Source of the DNA: the human T2T-CHM13v2.0 reference genome, Homo sapiens
NCBI RefSeq assembly: GCF_009914755.1
Contig: NC_060925.1
Direction: 5' to 3' (one strand)
DNA length: 64,000 nt
Of this stretch, positions 27,701 through 41,000 are shown one piece after another; position 1 is the stretch's first letter; every line of letters begins with the position of its first letter. A program made the position numbers and the translations under genes. The notes below the pieces were generated by a model. That model ran no database searches and was not told the DNA's origin. It was given only the letters and a program-made list of their open reading frames with translations.

Positions 27701-30700
27701 AATCGAATGGAATCATCATCGGATGGAAATGAATGGAATCATCATCGAATGGAATCGAATAGAATTATGGAATGAAATCCAGTGTGATCATCATCGAATG
27801 GACCCGAATGGAATCATCATCCAACGGAAGCTAATGGAATCAACATCGAATGAATCAAATGGAAACACCATCGAATTGAAACGAATGGAATTACCATGAA
27901 ATTGAAATGGATGGACTCATCATCAAATGGATTCGAGTGGAATCATCGAATAAAATTGATTGAAATCCTCATCGAATGGAATCGAATGGTATCATTGAAT
28001 GGAATCGAATGGAATCATCATCAGATGGAAATGAAAGGAATCGTCATAGAATGTAATCGAATGGATTCATTGAATGGAATCAGATGGAATCATTGAATGG
28101 ACTGGAATGGAAACATTGAATGGACACGAAAGGGATCATGATTGAATGGAATTGAATGGAATCATCGAATGGTCTCGATTGGAATCATTATCAAATGGAA
28201 TCGAATGGAATCACCGAATAGAATCGAATGGAACAATCATCGAATGGACTCAAATGGAATTATCCTCAAATGGAATCGAATGGAATTATCGAATGCAATC
28301 GAATGGAATTATCGAATGCAATCGAATAGAATCATCGAATGGACTCGAATGGAATCATCGAATGGAATGGAATGGAACAGTCAATGAACTCGAATGGAAT
28401 CATCATTGAATGGAATCGAATGGAATCATCGAGTGGAATCGAATGGAATTATGATCAAATGGAATCGAATGTAATCATCATCAAATGGAATCAAAAATAA
28501 CCATCATCAATTGGTATTGAATGGAATTGTCATCAAATGGAATTCAAAGGAATCATCATCAAATGGAACCGAATGGAATCCTCATTGAATGGAAATGAAA
28601 GGGGTCATCATCTAATGGAATCGCATGGAATCATCATCAAATGGAATCGAATGGAATCAACATCAAATGGAATCAAATGGAATCATTGAACGGAATTGAA
28701 TGGAATGGTCATCGAATGAATTGAATGCAATCATCGAATGGTCTCGAATGGAATCATCTTCAAATCTAATGGAATGGAATCATCGCATAGAATCGAATGG
28801 AATTATCATCGAATGGAATCGAAAGGAATCAAAATCAAACGGAAAAAAACGGAATTATCGAATGGAATCGAAGAGAATCATCGAATGGACCCGAATGGAA
28901 TCATCTAATGGAATGGAATGGAATAATCCATGGACTCGAATGCAATCATCATCGAATGGAATCGAATGGAATCATCGAATGGACTCGAATGAATAATCAT
29001 TGAACGGAATCGAATGGAATCATCATCGGATGGAAACGAATGGAATCATCATCGAATGGAATCGTATAGATTTATGGAATGAAATCCAGTGTGATCATCA
29101 TCGTATGGACCCGAATGGAATCATCATCCAACGGAAGCTAATGGAATCAACATCGAATGAATCAAATGGAAACACCATCGAATTGAAACGAATGGAATTA
29201 CCATGAAATTGAAATGGATGGACTCATCATCAAATGGATTCGAATGGAATCATCGAATAAAATTGATTGAAATCATCATCGATTGGAATCGAATGGTATC
29301 ATTGAATGGAATCGAATGGAATCATCATCAGATGGAAATGAATGGAATCGTCATAGAATGGAATCGAATGGATTCATTGAATGGAATCAGATGGAATCAT
29401 TGAATGGACTGGAATGGAATCATTCAATGGACCCGAAAGGGATCATTATTGAATGTAATTGAATGGAATCATCGAATGGTCTCGATTGGAATCATTATCA
29501 AATGGAATCGAATGGAATCACCGAATACAATCGAATGGAACAATCATCGAATGGACTCAAATGGAATTATCCTCCAATGGAATCGAATGGAATTATCGAA
29601 TGCAATCGAATGGAATTATCGAATGCAATCGAATAGAATCATCGAATGGACTCGAATGGAATCATCGAATGGAATGGAATGGAACAGTCAATGAACTCGA
29701 ATGGAATCATCATTGAATGGAATCGAATGGAATCATCGAGTGGAATCGAATGGAAATATGATCAAATGGAATCGAATATAATCATCATCAAATGGAATCA
29801 AAAATAACCATCATCAATTGGTATTGAATGGAATTCTCATCAAATGGAATTCAAAGGAATCATCATCAAATGGAACTGAATGGAATCCTCATTGAATGGA
29901 AATGAAAGGGGTCATCATCTAATGGAATCGCATGGAATCATCATCAAATGGAATCGAATGGAATCATCATCAAATGGAATCTGATGGAATCATTGAACAG
30001 AATTGAATGGAATCGTCATCGAATGAATTGAATGCAATCATCGAATGGTCTCGAATGTAATCACATTCTAATGGAAAGGAATGGAATCATCGCATAGAAT
30101 CGAATGGAATTAACATTGAATGGACTCGAATGGAATCAACATCAAACGGAATCAAGCGGAATTATCGAATGGAATCGAAGAGAATCATCGAATGGTCTCG
30201 AATGGAATCATCTTCTAATGGAAAGGAATGGAATCATCGCATAGAATCGAATGGAATTAACATTGAATGGACTCGAATGGAATCAACATCAAATGGAATC
30301 AAGCGGAATTATCGAATGAAATCGAAGAGAATCATCGAATGGACTCGAATGGAATCATCTAATGGAATGGAATGGAATAATCCACGGACTCGAATGCAAT
30401 CATCATCGTATAGAATCGAATGGAGTCATCGAGTGGACTCTAATGGAATAACCATTGAACGGAATCGAATGGAATCATCATCGGATGGAAACGAATGGAA
30501 TCATCATCGAATGGAAATGTAAGGAGTCATCATCTAATGGAATTGCATGGAATCATCATAAAATGGAATCGAATGGAATCATCATCAAATGGAATCAAAA
30601 GGAATCATTGAACGGAATTGAATGGAATCGTCATCGAATGAATTGAATGCAATCATCGAATGGTCTCGAATGGAATCATCTTCAAATGGAATGGAATGGA

Positions 30701-33185
30701 ATCATCGCATAGAATCGAATGGAATTATCATCGAATGGAATCGAATGGTATCAACATCAAACGGAAAAAAACGGAATTATCGAATGGAATCGAAGAGAAT
30801 CTTCGAACGGACCCGCATGGAATCATCTAATGGAATGGAATGGAATAATCCATGGACTCGAATGCAATCATCATCGAATGGAATCGAATGGAATCATTGA
30901 ATGGACTCGAATGGAATAATCATTGAACGGAATCGAATGGAATCATCATCGGATGGAAATGAATGGAATCATCATCGAATGGAATCGAATAGAATTATGG
31001 AATGAAATCCAGTGTGATCATCATCGAATGGACCCGAATGGAATCATCATCCAACGGAAGCTAATGGAATCAACATCGAATGAATCGAATGGAAACACCA
31101 TCGAATTGAAACGAATGGAATTATCATGAAATTGAAATGGATGGACTCATCATCGAATGGATTCGAATGGAATCATCGAATAAAATTGATTGAAATCATC
31201 ATCGAATGGAATCGAATGGTATCATTGAATGGAATCGAATGGAATCATCATCAGATGGAAATGAATGGAATCGTCATAGAATGGAATCGAATGGATTCAT
31301 TGAATAGAATCAGATGGAATCATCGAATGGACTGGAATGGAATCATTGAATGGACTCGAAAGGGATCATTATTGAATGGAATTGAATGGAATCATCGAAT
31401 GGTCTCGATTGGAATCATTATCAAATGGAATCGAATGGAATCACCGAATAGAATCGAATGGAACAATCATCGAATGGACTCAAATGGAATTATCCTTAAA
31501 TGGAATCGAATGGAATTATCGAATGCAATCGAATGGAATTATAGAATGCAATCGAATAGAATCATCGAAAGGACTCGAATGGAATCATCGAATGGAATGG
31601 AATGGAACAGTCAATGAACTCGAATGGAATCATCATTGAATGGAATCGAATGGAATCATCGAGTGGAATCGAATGGAATTATGATCAAATGGAATCGAAT
31701 GTAATCATCATCAAATGGAATCAAAAATAACCATCATCAATTGGTATTGAATGGAATTGTCATCAAATGGAATTCAAAGGAATCATCATCAAATGGAACC
31801 GAATGGAATCCTCATTGAATGGAAATGAAAGGGGTCATCATCTAATGGAATCGCATGGAATCATCATCAAATGGAATCGAATGGAATCATCATCAAATGG
31901 AATCTAATGGAATCATTGAAAAGAATTGAATGGAATCATCATCGAATTAATTGAATGCAATCATCGAATGGTCTCGAATGGAATCATCTTCTAATGGAAA
32001 GGAATGGAATCATCGCATAGAATCGAATGGAATTATCATCGAATGGAATCGAATGGTATCAACACCAAACCGAAAAAAACGGAATTATCAAATGGAATCG
32101 AAGAGAATCTTCGAACGGACCCGAATGGAATCATCTAATGGAATGGAATGGAATAATCCATGGACTCGAATGCAATCATCATCGAATGGAATCGAATGGA
32201 ATCATCGAATGGACTCGAATGGAATAATCATTGTACGGAATCGAATGGAATCATCATCGGATGGAAACGAATGGAATCATCATCGAATGGAAATGAAAGG
32301 AGTCATCATCTAATGGAATTGCATGGAATCATCATAAAATGGAATCGAATGGAATCAACATCAAATGGAATCAAATGGAATCATTGAACGGAATTGAATG
32401 GAATCGTCATCGAATGAATTGAATGCAATCATCGAATGGTCTCGAATGGAATCATCTTCAAATGGAATGGAATGGAATCATCGCATAGAATCGAATGGAA
32501 TTATCATCGAATGGAATCGAATGGAATCAACATCAAACGGAAAAAAACGGAATTATCGAATGGAATCGAAGAGAATCATCCAATGGACTCGAATGGAATC
32601 ATCTAATGGAATGGAATGGAATAATCCATGGATTCGAATGCAATCATCATCGAATGGAATCGAATGGAATCATCGAATGGACTCGAATGGAATAATCATT
32701 GAACGGAATCGAATGGAATCATCATCGGATGGAAATGAATGGAATCATCATCGAATGGAATCGAATAGAATTATGGAATGAAATCCAGTGTGATCATCAT
32801 CGAATGGACCCGAATGGAATCATCATCCAACGGAAGCTAATGGAATCAACATCGAATGAATCAAATGGAAACACCATCGAATTGAAACGAATGGAATTAC
32901 CATGAAATTGAAATGGATGGACTCATCATCAAATGGATTCGAGTGGAATCATCGAATAAAATTGATTGAAATCCTCATCGAATGGAATCGAATGGTATCA
33001 TTGAATGGAATCGAATGGAATCATCATCAGATGGAAATGAAAGGAATCGTCATAGAATGGAATCGAATGGATTCATTGAATGGAATCAGATGGAATCATT
33101 GAATGGACTGGAATGGAAACATTGAATGGACACGAAAGGGATCATGATTGAATGGAATTGAATGGAATCATCGAATGGTCTCGAA
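24745..33185 (+). repeat. Recent duplication with 5006-bp offset (copies ~24745-28180 and ~29750-33185)
   Basis: Private variants recur at exactly +5006 (25124/30130, 25616/30622, 26945/31951, 27392/32398, 27896/32902). Confidence 0.9.
27896..29202 (+). repeat. 1307-bp unit variant (single module, n=1, with a 1-bp deletion)
   Basis: Landmark spacing 27896 to 29203. Only one module (28700) is present, with a 1-bp deletion near 28990 (CGAATGAATAATC). Confidence 0.88.
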
Positions 33186-33719
33186 TGCAATCATCTTCTA
33201 ATGGAAAGGAATGGAATCATCGCATAGAATCGAATGGAATTAACATTGAATGGACTCGAATGGAATCAACATCAAACGGAATCAAGCGGAATTATCGAAT
33301 GTAATCGAAGAGAACCATCGAATGGACTCGAATGGAATCATCTAATGGAATGGAATGGAATAATCCACGGACTCGAATGCAATCATCATCGTATAGAATC
33401 GAATGGAATCATCGAATGGACTCGAATGGAATAATCATTGAACGGAATCGAATGGAATCATCATCGGATATAAACGAATGGAATCATCATCGAATGGAAA
33501 TGAAAGGAGTCATCATCTAATGGAATTGCATGGAATCATCATAAAATGGAATCGAATGGAATCATCAACAAATGGAATCAAATGGAATCATTGAACGGAA
33601 TTGAATGGAATCGTCATCGAATGAATTGAATGCAATCATCGAATGGTCTCGAAAGGAATCATCTTCAAATGGAATGGAATGGAATCATCGCATAGAATCG
33701 AATGGAATTATCATCGAAT

Positions 33720-36700
33720 GGACTCGAATGGAATCAACATCAAACGGAATCAAGCGGAATTATCGAATGGAATCGAAGAGAATCATCGAATGGACTCGAA
33801 TGGAATCATCTAATGGAATGGAATGGAATAATCCACGGACTCGAATGCAATCATCATCGTATAGAATCGAATGGAATCATCGAATGGACTCGAATGGAAT
33901 AATCATTGAACGGAATCGAATGGAATCATCATCGGATGGAAACGAATGGAATCATCATCGAATGGAAATGAAAGGAGTCATCATCTAATGGAATTGCATG
34001 GAATCATCATAAAATGGAATCGAATGGAATCAACATCAAATGGAATCAAATGGAATCATTGAACGGAATTGAATGGAATCGTCATGGAATGAATTGAATG
34101 CAATCATCGAATGGTCTCGAATGGAATCATCTTCAAATGGAATGGAATGGAATCATCGCATAGAATCGAATGGAATTATCATCGAATGGAATCGAATGGA
34201 ATCAACATCAAACGGAAAAAAACGGAATTATCGAATGGAATCGAAGAGAATCATCGAACGGACCCGAATGGAATCATCTAATGGAATGGAATGGAATAAT
34301 CCATGGACTCGAATGCAATCATCATCGAATGGAATGGAATGGAATCATCGAATGGACTCGAATGGAATAATCATTGAAAGGAATCGAATGGAATCATCAT
34401 CGGATGGAAACGAATGGAATCATCATCGAATGGAAATGAAAGGATTCATCATCTAATGGAATTGCATGGAATCATCATAAAATGGAATCGAATGGAATCA
34501 ACATCAAATGGAATCAAATGGAATCATTGAACGGAATTGAATGGAATCGTCAACGAATGAATTGAATGCAATCATCGAATGGTCTCGAATGGAATCATCT
34601 TCAAATGGAATGGAATGGAATCATCGCATAGAATCGAATGGAATTATCATCGAATGGAATCGAATGGAATCAACATCAAACGGAAAAATCGGAATTATCG
34701 TATGGAATCGAAGAGAATCATCGAATGGACCCGAATGGAATCATCTAATGGAGTGGAATGGAATAATCCATGGACTCGAATGCAATCATCATCGAATGGA
34801 ATCGAATGGAATCATCGAATGGACTCGAATGGAATAATCATCGAACGGAATCGAATGAAGTCATCATCGGATGGAAATGAATGGAATCATCATCGAATGG
34901 AATCGAATAGAATTATGGAATGAAATCCAGTGTGATCATCATCGAATGGACCCGAATGGAATCATCATCCAACGGAACCTAATGGAATCAACATCGAATG
35001 AATCGAATGGAAACACCATCGAATTGAAACGAATGGAATTATCATGAAATTGAAATGGATGGACTCATCATCGAATGGATTCGAATGGAATCAACGAATA
35101 AAATTGATTGAAATCATCAACATATGGAATCGAATGGTATCATTGAATGGAATCGAATGGAATCATCATCAGATGGAAATGAATGGAATCGTCATAGAAT
35201 GGAATCGAATGGATTCATTGAATGGAATCAGATGGAATCTTCGAATGGACTGGAATGGAATAATTGAATGGACTCGAAAGGGATCATGATTGAATGGAAT
35301 TGAATGGAATCATCGAATGGTCTCGATTGGAATCATTATCAAATGGAATCGAATGGAATCACCGAATAGAATCGAATGGAACAATCATCGAATGGACTCA
35401 AATGAAATTATCCTCAAGTGGAATCGAATGGAATTATCGAATGCAATCGAATGGAATTATCGAATGCAATCGAATAGAATCATCGAATGGACTCGAATGG
35501 AATCATCGAATGGAATGGAATGGAACAGTAAATGAACTCGAATGGAATCATCATTGAATGGAATCGAATGGAATCATCGAGTGGAATCGAATGGAATTAT
35601 GATCAAATGGAATCGAATGTAATCATCATCAAATGGAATCAAAAATAACCATCATCAATTGGCATTCAATGGAATTGTCATCAAATGGAATTCAAAGGTA
35701 TCATCATCAAATGGAACCGAATGGAATCCTCATTGAATGGAAATGAAAGGGGTCATCATCTAATGGAATCACATGGAATCATCATCAAATGGAATCGAAT
35801 GGAATCATCATCAAATGGAATCTAATGGAATCATTGAACAGAATTGAATGGAATCGTCATCGAATGAATTGAATGCAATCATCGAATGGTCTCGAATGGA
35901 ATCATCTTCTAATGGAAAGGAATGGAATCATCGCATAGAATCGAATGGAATTAACATTGAATGGACTCGAATGGAATCAACATCAAACGGAATCAAGCGG
36001 AATTATCGAATGGAATCGAAGAGAATCATCGAATGGACTCGAATGGAATCATCTAATGGAATGGAATGGAATAATCCACGGACTCGAATGCAATCATCAT
36101 CGTATAGAATCGAATGGAATCATCGAATGGACTCGAATGGAATAATCATTGAACGGAATCGAATGGAATCATCATCGGATGGAAACGAATGGAATCATCA
36201 TCGAATGGAAATGAAAGGAGTCATCATCTAATGGAATTGCATGGAATCATCATAAAATGGAATCGAATGGAATCAACATCAAATGGAATCAAATGGAATC
36301 ATTGAACGGAATTGAATGGAATCGTCATGGAATGAATTGAATGCAATCATCGAATGGTCTCGAATGGAATCATCTTCAAATGGAATGGAATGGAATCATC
36401 GCATAGAATCGAATGGAATTATCATCGAATGGAATCGAATGGAATCAACATCAAACGGAAAAAAACGGAATTATCGAATGGAATCGAAGAGAATCATCGA
36501 ACGGACCCGAATGGAATCATCTAATGGAATGGAATGGAATAATCCATGGACTCGAATGCAATCATCATCGAATGGAATGGAATGGAATCATCGAATGGAC
36601 TCGAATGGAATAATCATTGAAAGGAATCGAATGGAATCATCATCGGATGGAAACGAATGGAATCATCATCGAATGGAAATGAAAGGATTCATCATCTAAT

Positions 36701-37300
36701 GGAATTGCATGGAATCATCATAAAATGGAATCGAATGGAATCAACATCAAATGGAATCAAATGGAATCATTGAACGGAATTGAATGGAATCGTCAACGAA
36801 TGAGTTGAATGCAATCATCGAATGGTCTCGAATGGAATCATCTTCAAATGGAATGGAATGGAATCATCGCATAGAATCGAATGGAATTATCATCGAATGG
36901 AATCGAATGGAATCAACATCAAACGGAAAAATCGGAATTATCGTATGGAATCGAAGAGAATCATCGAATGGACCCGAATGGAATCATCTAATGGAGTGGA
37001 ATGGAATAATCCATGGACTCGAATGCAATCATCATCGAATGGAATCGAATGGAATCATCGAATGGACTCGAATGGAATAATCATCGAACGGAATCGAATG
37101 AAGTCATCATCGGATGGAAATGAATGGAATCATCATCGAATGGAATCGAATAGAATTATGGAATGAAATCCAGTGTGATCATCATCGAATGGACCCGAAT
37201 GGAATCATCATCCAACGGAAGCTAATGGAATCAACATCGAATGAATCGAATGGAAACACCATCGAATTGAAACGAATGGAATTATCATGAAATTGAAATG
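33720..37300 (+). repeat. Recent tandem duplication with 2243-bp period
   Basis: Private variants GTCATGGAAT, AAGGATTCATC, GTCAACGAAT, GGAAAAATCGG and GAATGAAGTC are shared at +2243 (34073/36316, 34541/36784). Confidence 0.88.
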
Positions 37301-38090
37301 GATGGACTCATCATCGAATGGATTCGAATGGAATCATCGAATAAAATTGATTGAAATCATCAACAAATGGAATCGAATGGTATCATTGAATGGAATCGAA
37401 TGGAATCATCATCAGATGGAAATGAATGGAATCGTCATAGAATGGAATCGAATGGCTTCATTGAATGGAATCAGATGGAATCATCGAATGGACTGGAATG
37501 GAATCATTGAATGGACTCGAAAGGATTCATTATTGAATGGAATTAAATGGAATCATCGAATGGTCTCGATTGGAATCATTATCAAATGGAATCGAATGGA
37601 ATCACCGAATAGAATCGAATGGAACAATCATCGAATGGAGTCAAATGGAATTATCCTCAAATGGAATCGAATGGAAATATCGAATGCAATCGAATGGAAT
37701 TATCGAATGCAATCGAATAGAATCATCGAATGGACTCGAATGGAATCATCGAATGGAAAGGAATGGAACAGTCAATGAACTCGAATGGAATCATCATTGA
37801 ATGGAATCGAATGGAATCATCGAGTGGAATCGAATGGAATTATGATCAAATGGAATCGAATGTAATCATCATCAAATGGAATCAAAAATAACCATCATCA
37901 ATTGGTATTGAATGGAATTGTCATCAAATGGAATTCAAAGGAATCATCATCAAATGGAACCGAATGGAATCCTCATTGAATGGAAATGAAAGGGGTCAAC
38001 ATCTAATGGAATCGCATGGAATCATCATCAAATGGAATCGAATGGAATCATCATCAAATGGAATCTAATGGAATCATTGAACAGAATTGA

Positions 38091-41000
38091 ATGGAATCGT
38101 CATCGAATGAATTGAATGCAATCATCGAATGGTCTCGAATGGAATCATCTTCTAATGGAAAGGAATGGAATCACCGCATAGAATCGAATGGAATTAACAT
38201 TGAATGGACTCGAATGGAATCCACATCAAACGGAATCAAGCGGAATTATCGAATGGAATCGAAGAGAATCATCGAATGGACTCGAATGGAATCATCTAAT
38301 GGAATGGAATGGAATAATCCACGGACACGAATGCAATCATCATCGTATAGAATCGAATGGAATCACCGAAAGGACTCGAAAGGAATAATCATTGAACGGA
38401 ATCGAATGGAATCATCATCGGATGGAAACGAATGGAATCATCATCGAATGGAAATGAAAGGAGTCATCATCTAATGGAATTGCATGGAATCATCATAAAA
38501 TGGAATCGAATGGAATCAACATCAAATGGAATCAAATGGAATCATTGAACGGAATTGAATGGAATCGTCATCGAATGAATTGAATACAATCATCGAATGG
38601 TCTCGAATGGAATCATCTTCAAATGGAATAGAATGGAATCATCGCATAGAATCGAATGGAATTATCATCGAATGTTATCGAATGGTGTCAAAAACAAACG
38701 GAACAAAACGGAATTATCGAATGGAATCGAAGAGAATCATCGAACGGACCCGAATGGAATCATCTAATGGAATGGAATGGAATAATCCATGGACTCGAAT
38801 GCAATCATCATCGAATGGAATCGAAAGGAATCATCGAATGGACTCGAATGGAATAATCATTGAACGGAATTGAATGGAATCATCATCGGATGGAAACGAA
38901 TGGAATCATCATCGAATGGAAATGAAAGGAGTCATGTAATGGAATTGCATGGAATCATCATAAAATGGAATCGAATGGAATCAACATCAAGTGGAATCCA
39001 ATGGAATCATTGAACGGAATTGAATGGAATCGTCATCGAATGAATTGAATGCAATCATCTAATGGTCTCGAATGGAATCATCTTCAAATGGAATGGAGTG
39101 GAATCATCGCATAGAATCGAATGGAATTATCATCGAATGGAATCGAATGGAATCAACAACAAACGGAAAAAAAAGGAATTATCGAATGGAATCAAAGAGA
39201 ATCATCGAATGGACCCGAATGGAATCATCTAATGGAACGGAATGGAATAATCCATGGACTCGAATGCAATCATCATCGAATGGAATCGAATGGAATCATC
39301 GAATGGACTCGAATGAAATAATCATAGAACGGAATCGAATGGAATCATCATCGGATGGAAATGAATGGAATCATCATCGAATGGAATCGAATAGAATTAT
39401 GGAATGAAATCCAGTGTGATCATCATCGAATGCACCCGAATGGAATCATCATCCAACGGAATCTAATGGAAACAACATCGAATGAATCGAATGGAAACAC
39501 CATCGAATTGAAACGAGTGGAATTATCATGAAATTGAAATGGATGGACTCATCATCGAATGGATTCGAATGGAATCATCGAATAAAATTGATTGAAATCA
39601 TCATCAAATGGAATCGAATGGTATCATTGAATGGAATCGAATGGAATCATCATCAGATGGAAATGAATGGAATCGTCATAGAATGGAATCGAATGGATTC
39701 ATTGAATGGAATCAGATGGAATCATCGAATGGACTGGAATGGAATCATTGAATGGACCCGAGAGGGATCATTATTGAATGGAATTGAATGGAATCATGGA
39801 ATGGTCTCGATTGGAATCATTATCAAATGGAATCGAATGGAATCACCGAATAGAATCGAATGGAACAATCATCGAATGGACTCCAATGGAATTATCCTCA
39901 AATGGAATCGAATGGAATTATCGAATGCAATCGAATGGAATTATCGAATGCAATCGAATAGAATCATCGAATGGACTCGAATGGAATCATCGAATGGAAT
40001 GGAATGGAACAGTCAATGAACTCGAATGGAATCATCATTGAATGGAATCGAATGGAATCATCGAGTGGAATCGAATGGAATTATGATCAAATGGAATCGA
40101 ATGTAATCATCATCAAATGGAATCAAAAATAACCATCATCAATTGGTATTGAATGGAATTCTCATCAAATGGAATTCAAAGGAATCATCATCAAATGGAA
40201 CCGAATGGAATCCTCATTGAATGGAAATGAAAGGAGTCAACATCTAATGGAATCGCATGGAATCATCATCAAATGGAATCGAATGGAATCATCATCAAAT
40301 GGAATCTAATGGAATCATTGAACAGAATTGAATGGAATCGTCATCGAATGAATTGAATGCAATCATCGAATGGTCTCGAATGGAATCATCTTCTAATGGA
40401 AAGGAATGGAATCACCGCATAGAATCGAATGGAATTAACATTGAATGGACTCGAATGGAATCCACATCAAACGGAATCAAGCGGAATTATCGAATGGAAT
40501 CGAAGAGAATCATCGAATGGACTCGAATGGAATCATCTAATGGAATGGAATGCAATAATCCACGGACTCGAATTCAATCATCATCGTATAGAATCGAATG
40601 GAATCATTGAATGGACTCGAATGGAATAATCATTGAACGGAATCAAATGGAATCATCATCGGATGGAAACGAATGGAATCATCATCGAATGGAAAAGAAA
40701 AGAGTCATCATCTAATGGAATTGCATGGAATCATCATAAAATGGAATCGAATGGAATCAACATCAAATGGAATCAAATGGAATCATTGAACGGAATTGAA
40801 TGGAATCGTCATCGAATGAATTGAATGCAATCATCGAATGGTCTCGAATGGAATCATCTTCTAATGGAAAGTAATGGAATCATCGCATAGAATCGAATGG
40901 AATTAAAATTGAATGGACTCGAATGGAATCAACATCAAACGGAAAAAAACGGAATTATCGAATGGAATCGAAGAGAATCATCGAATGGACCCGAATGGAA

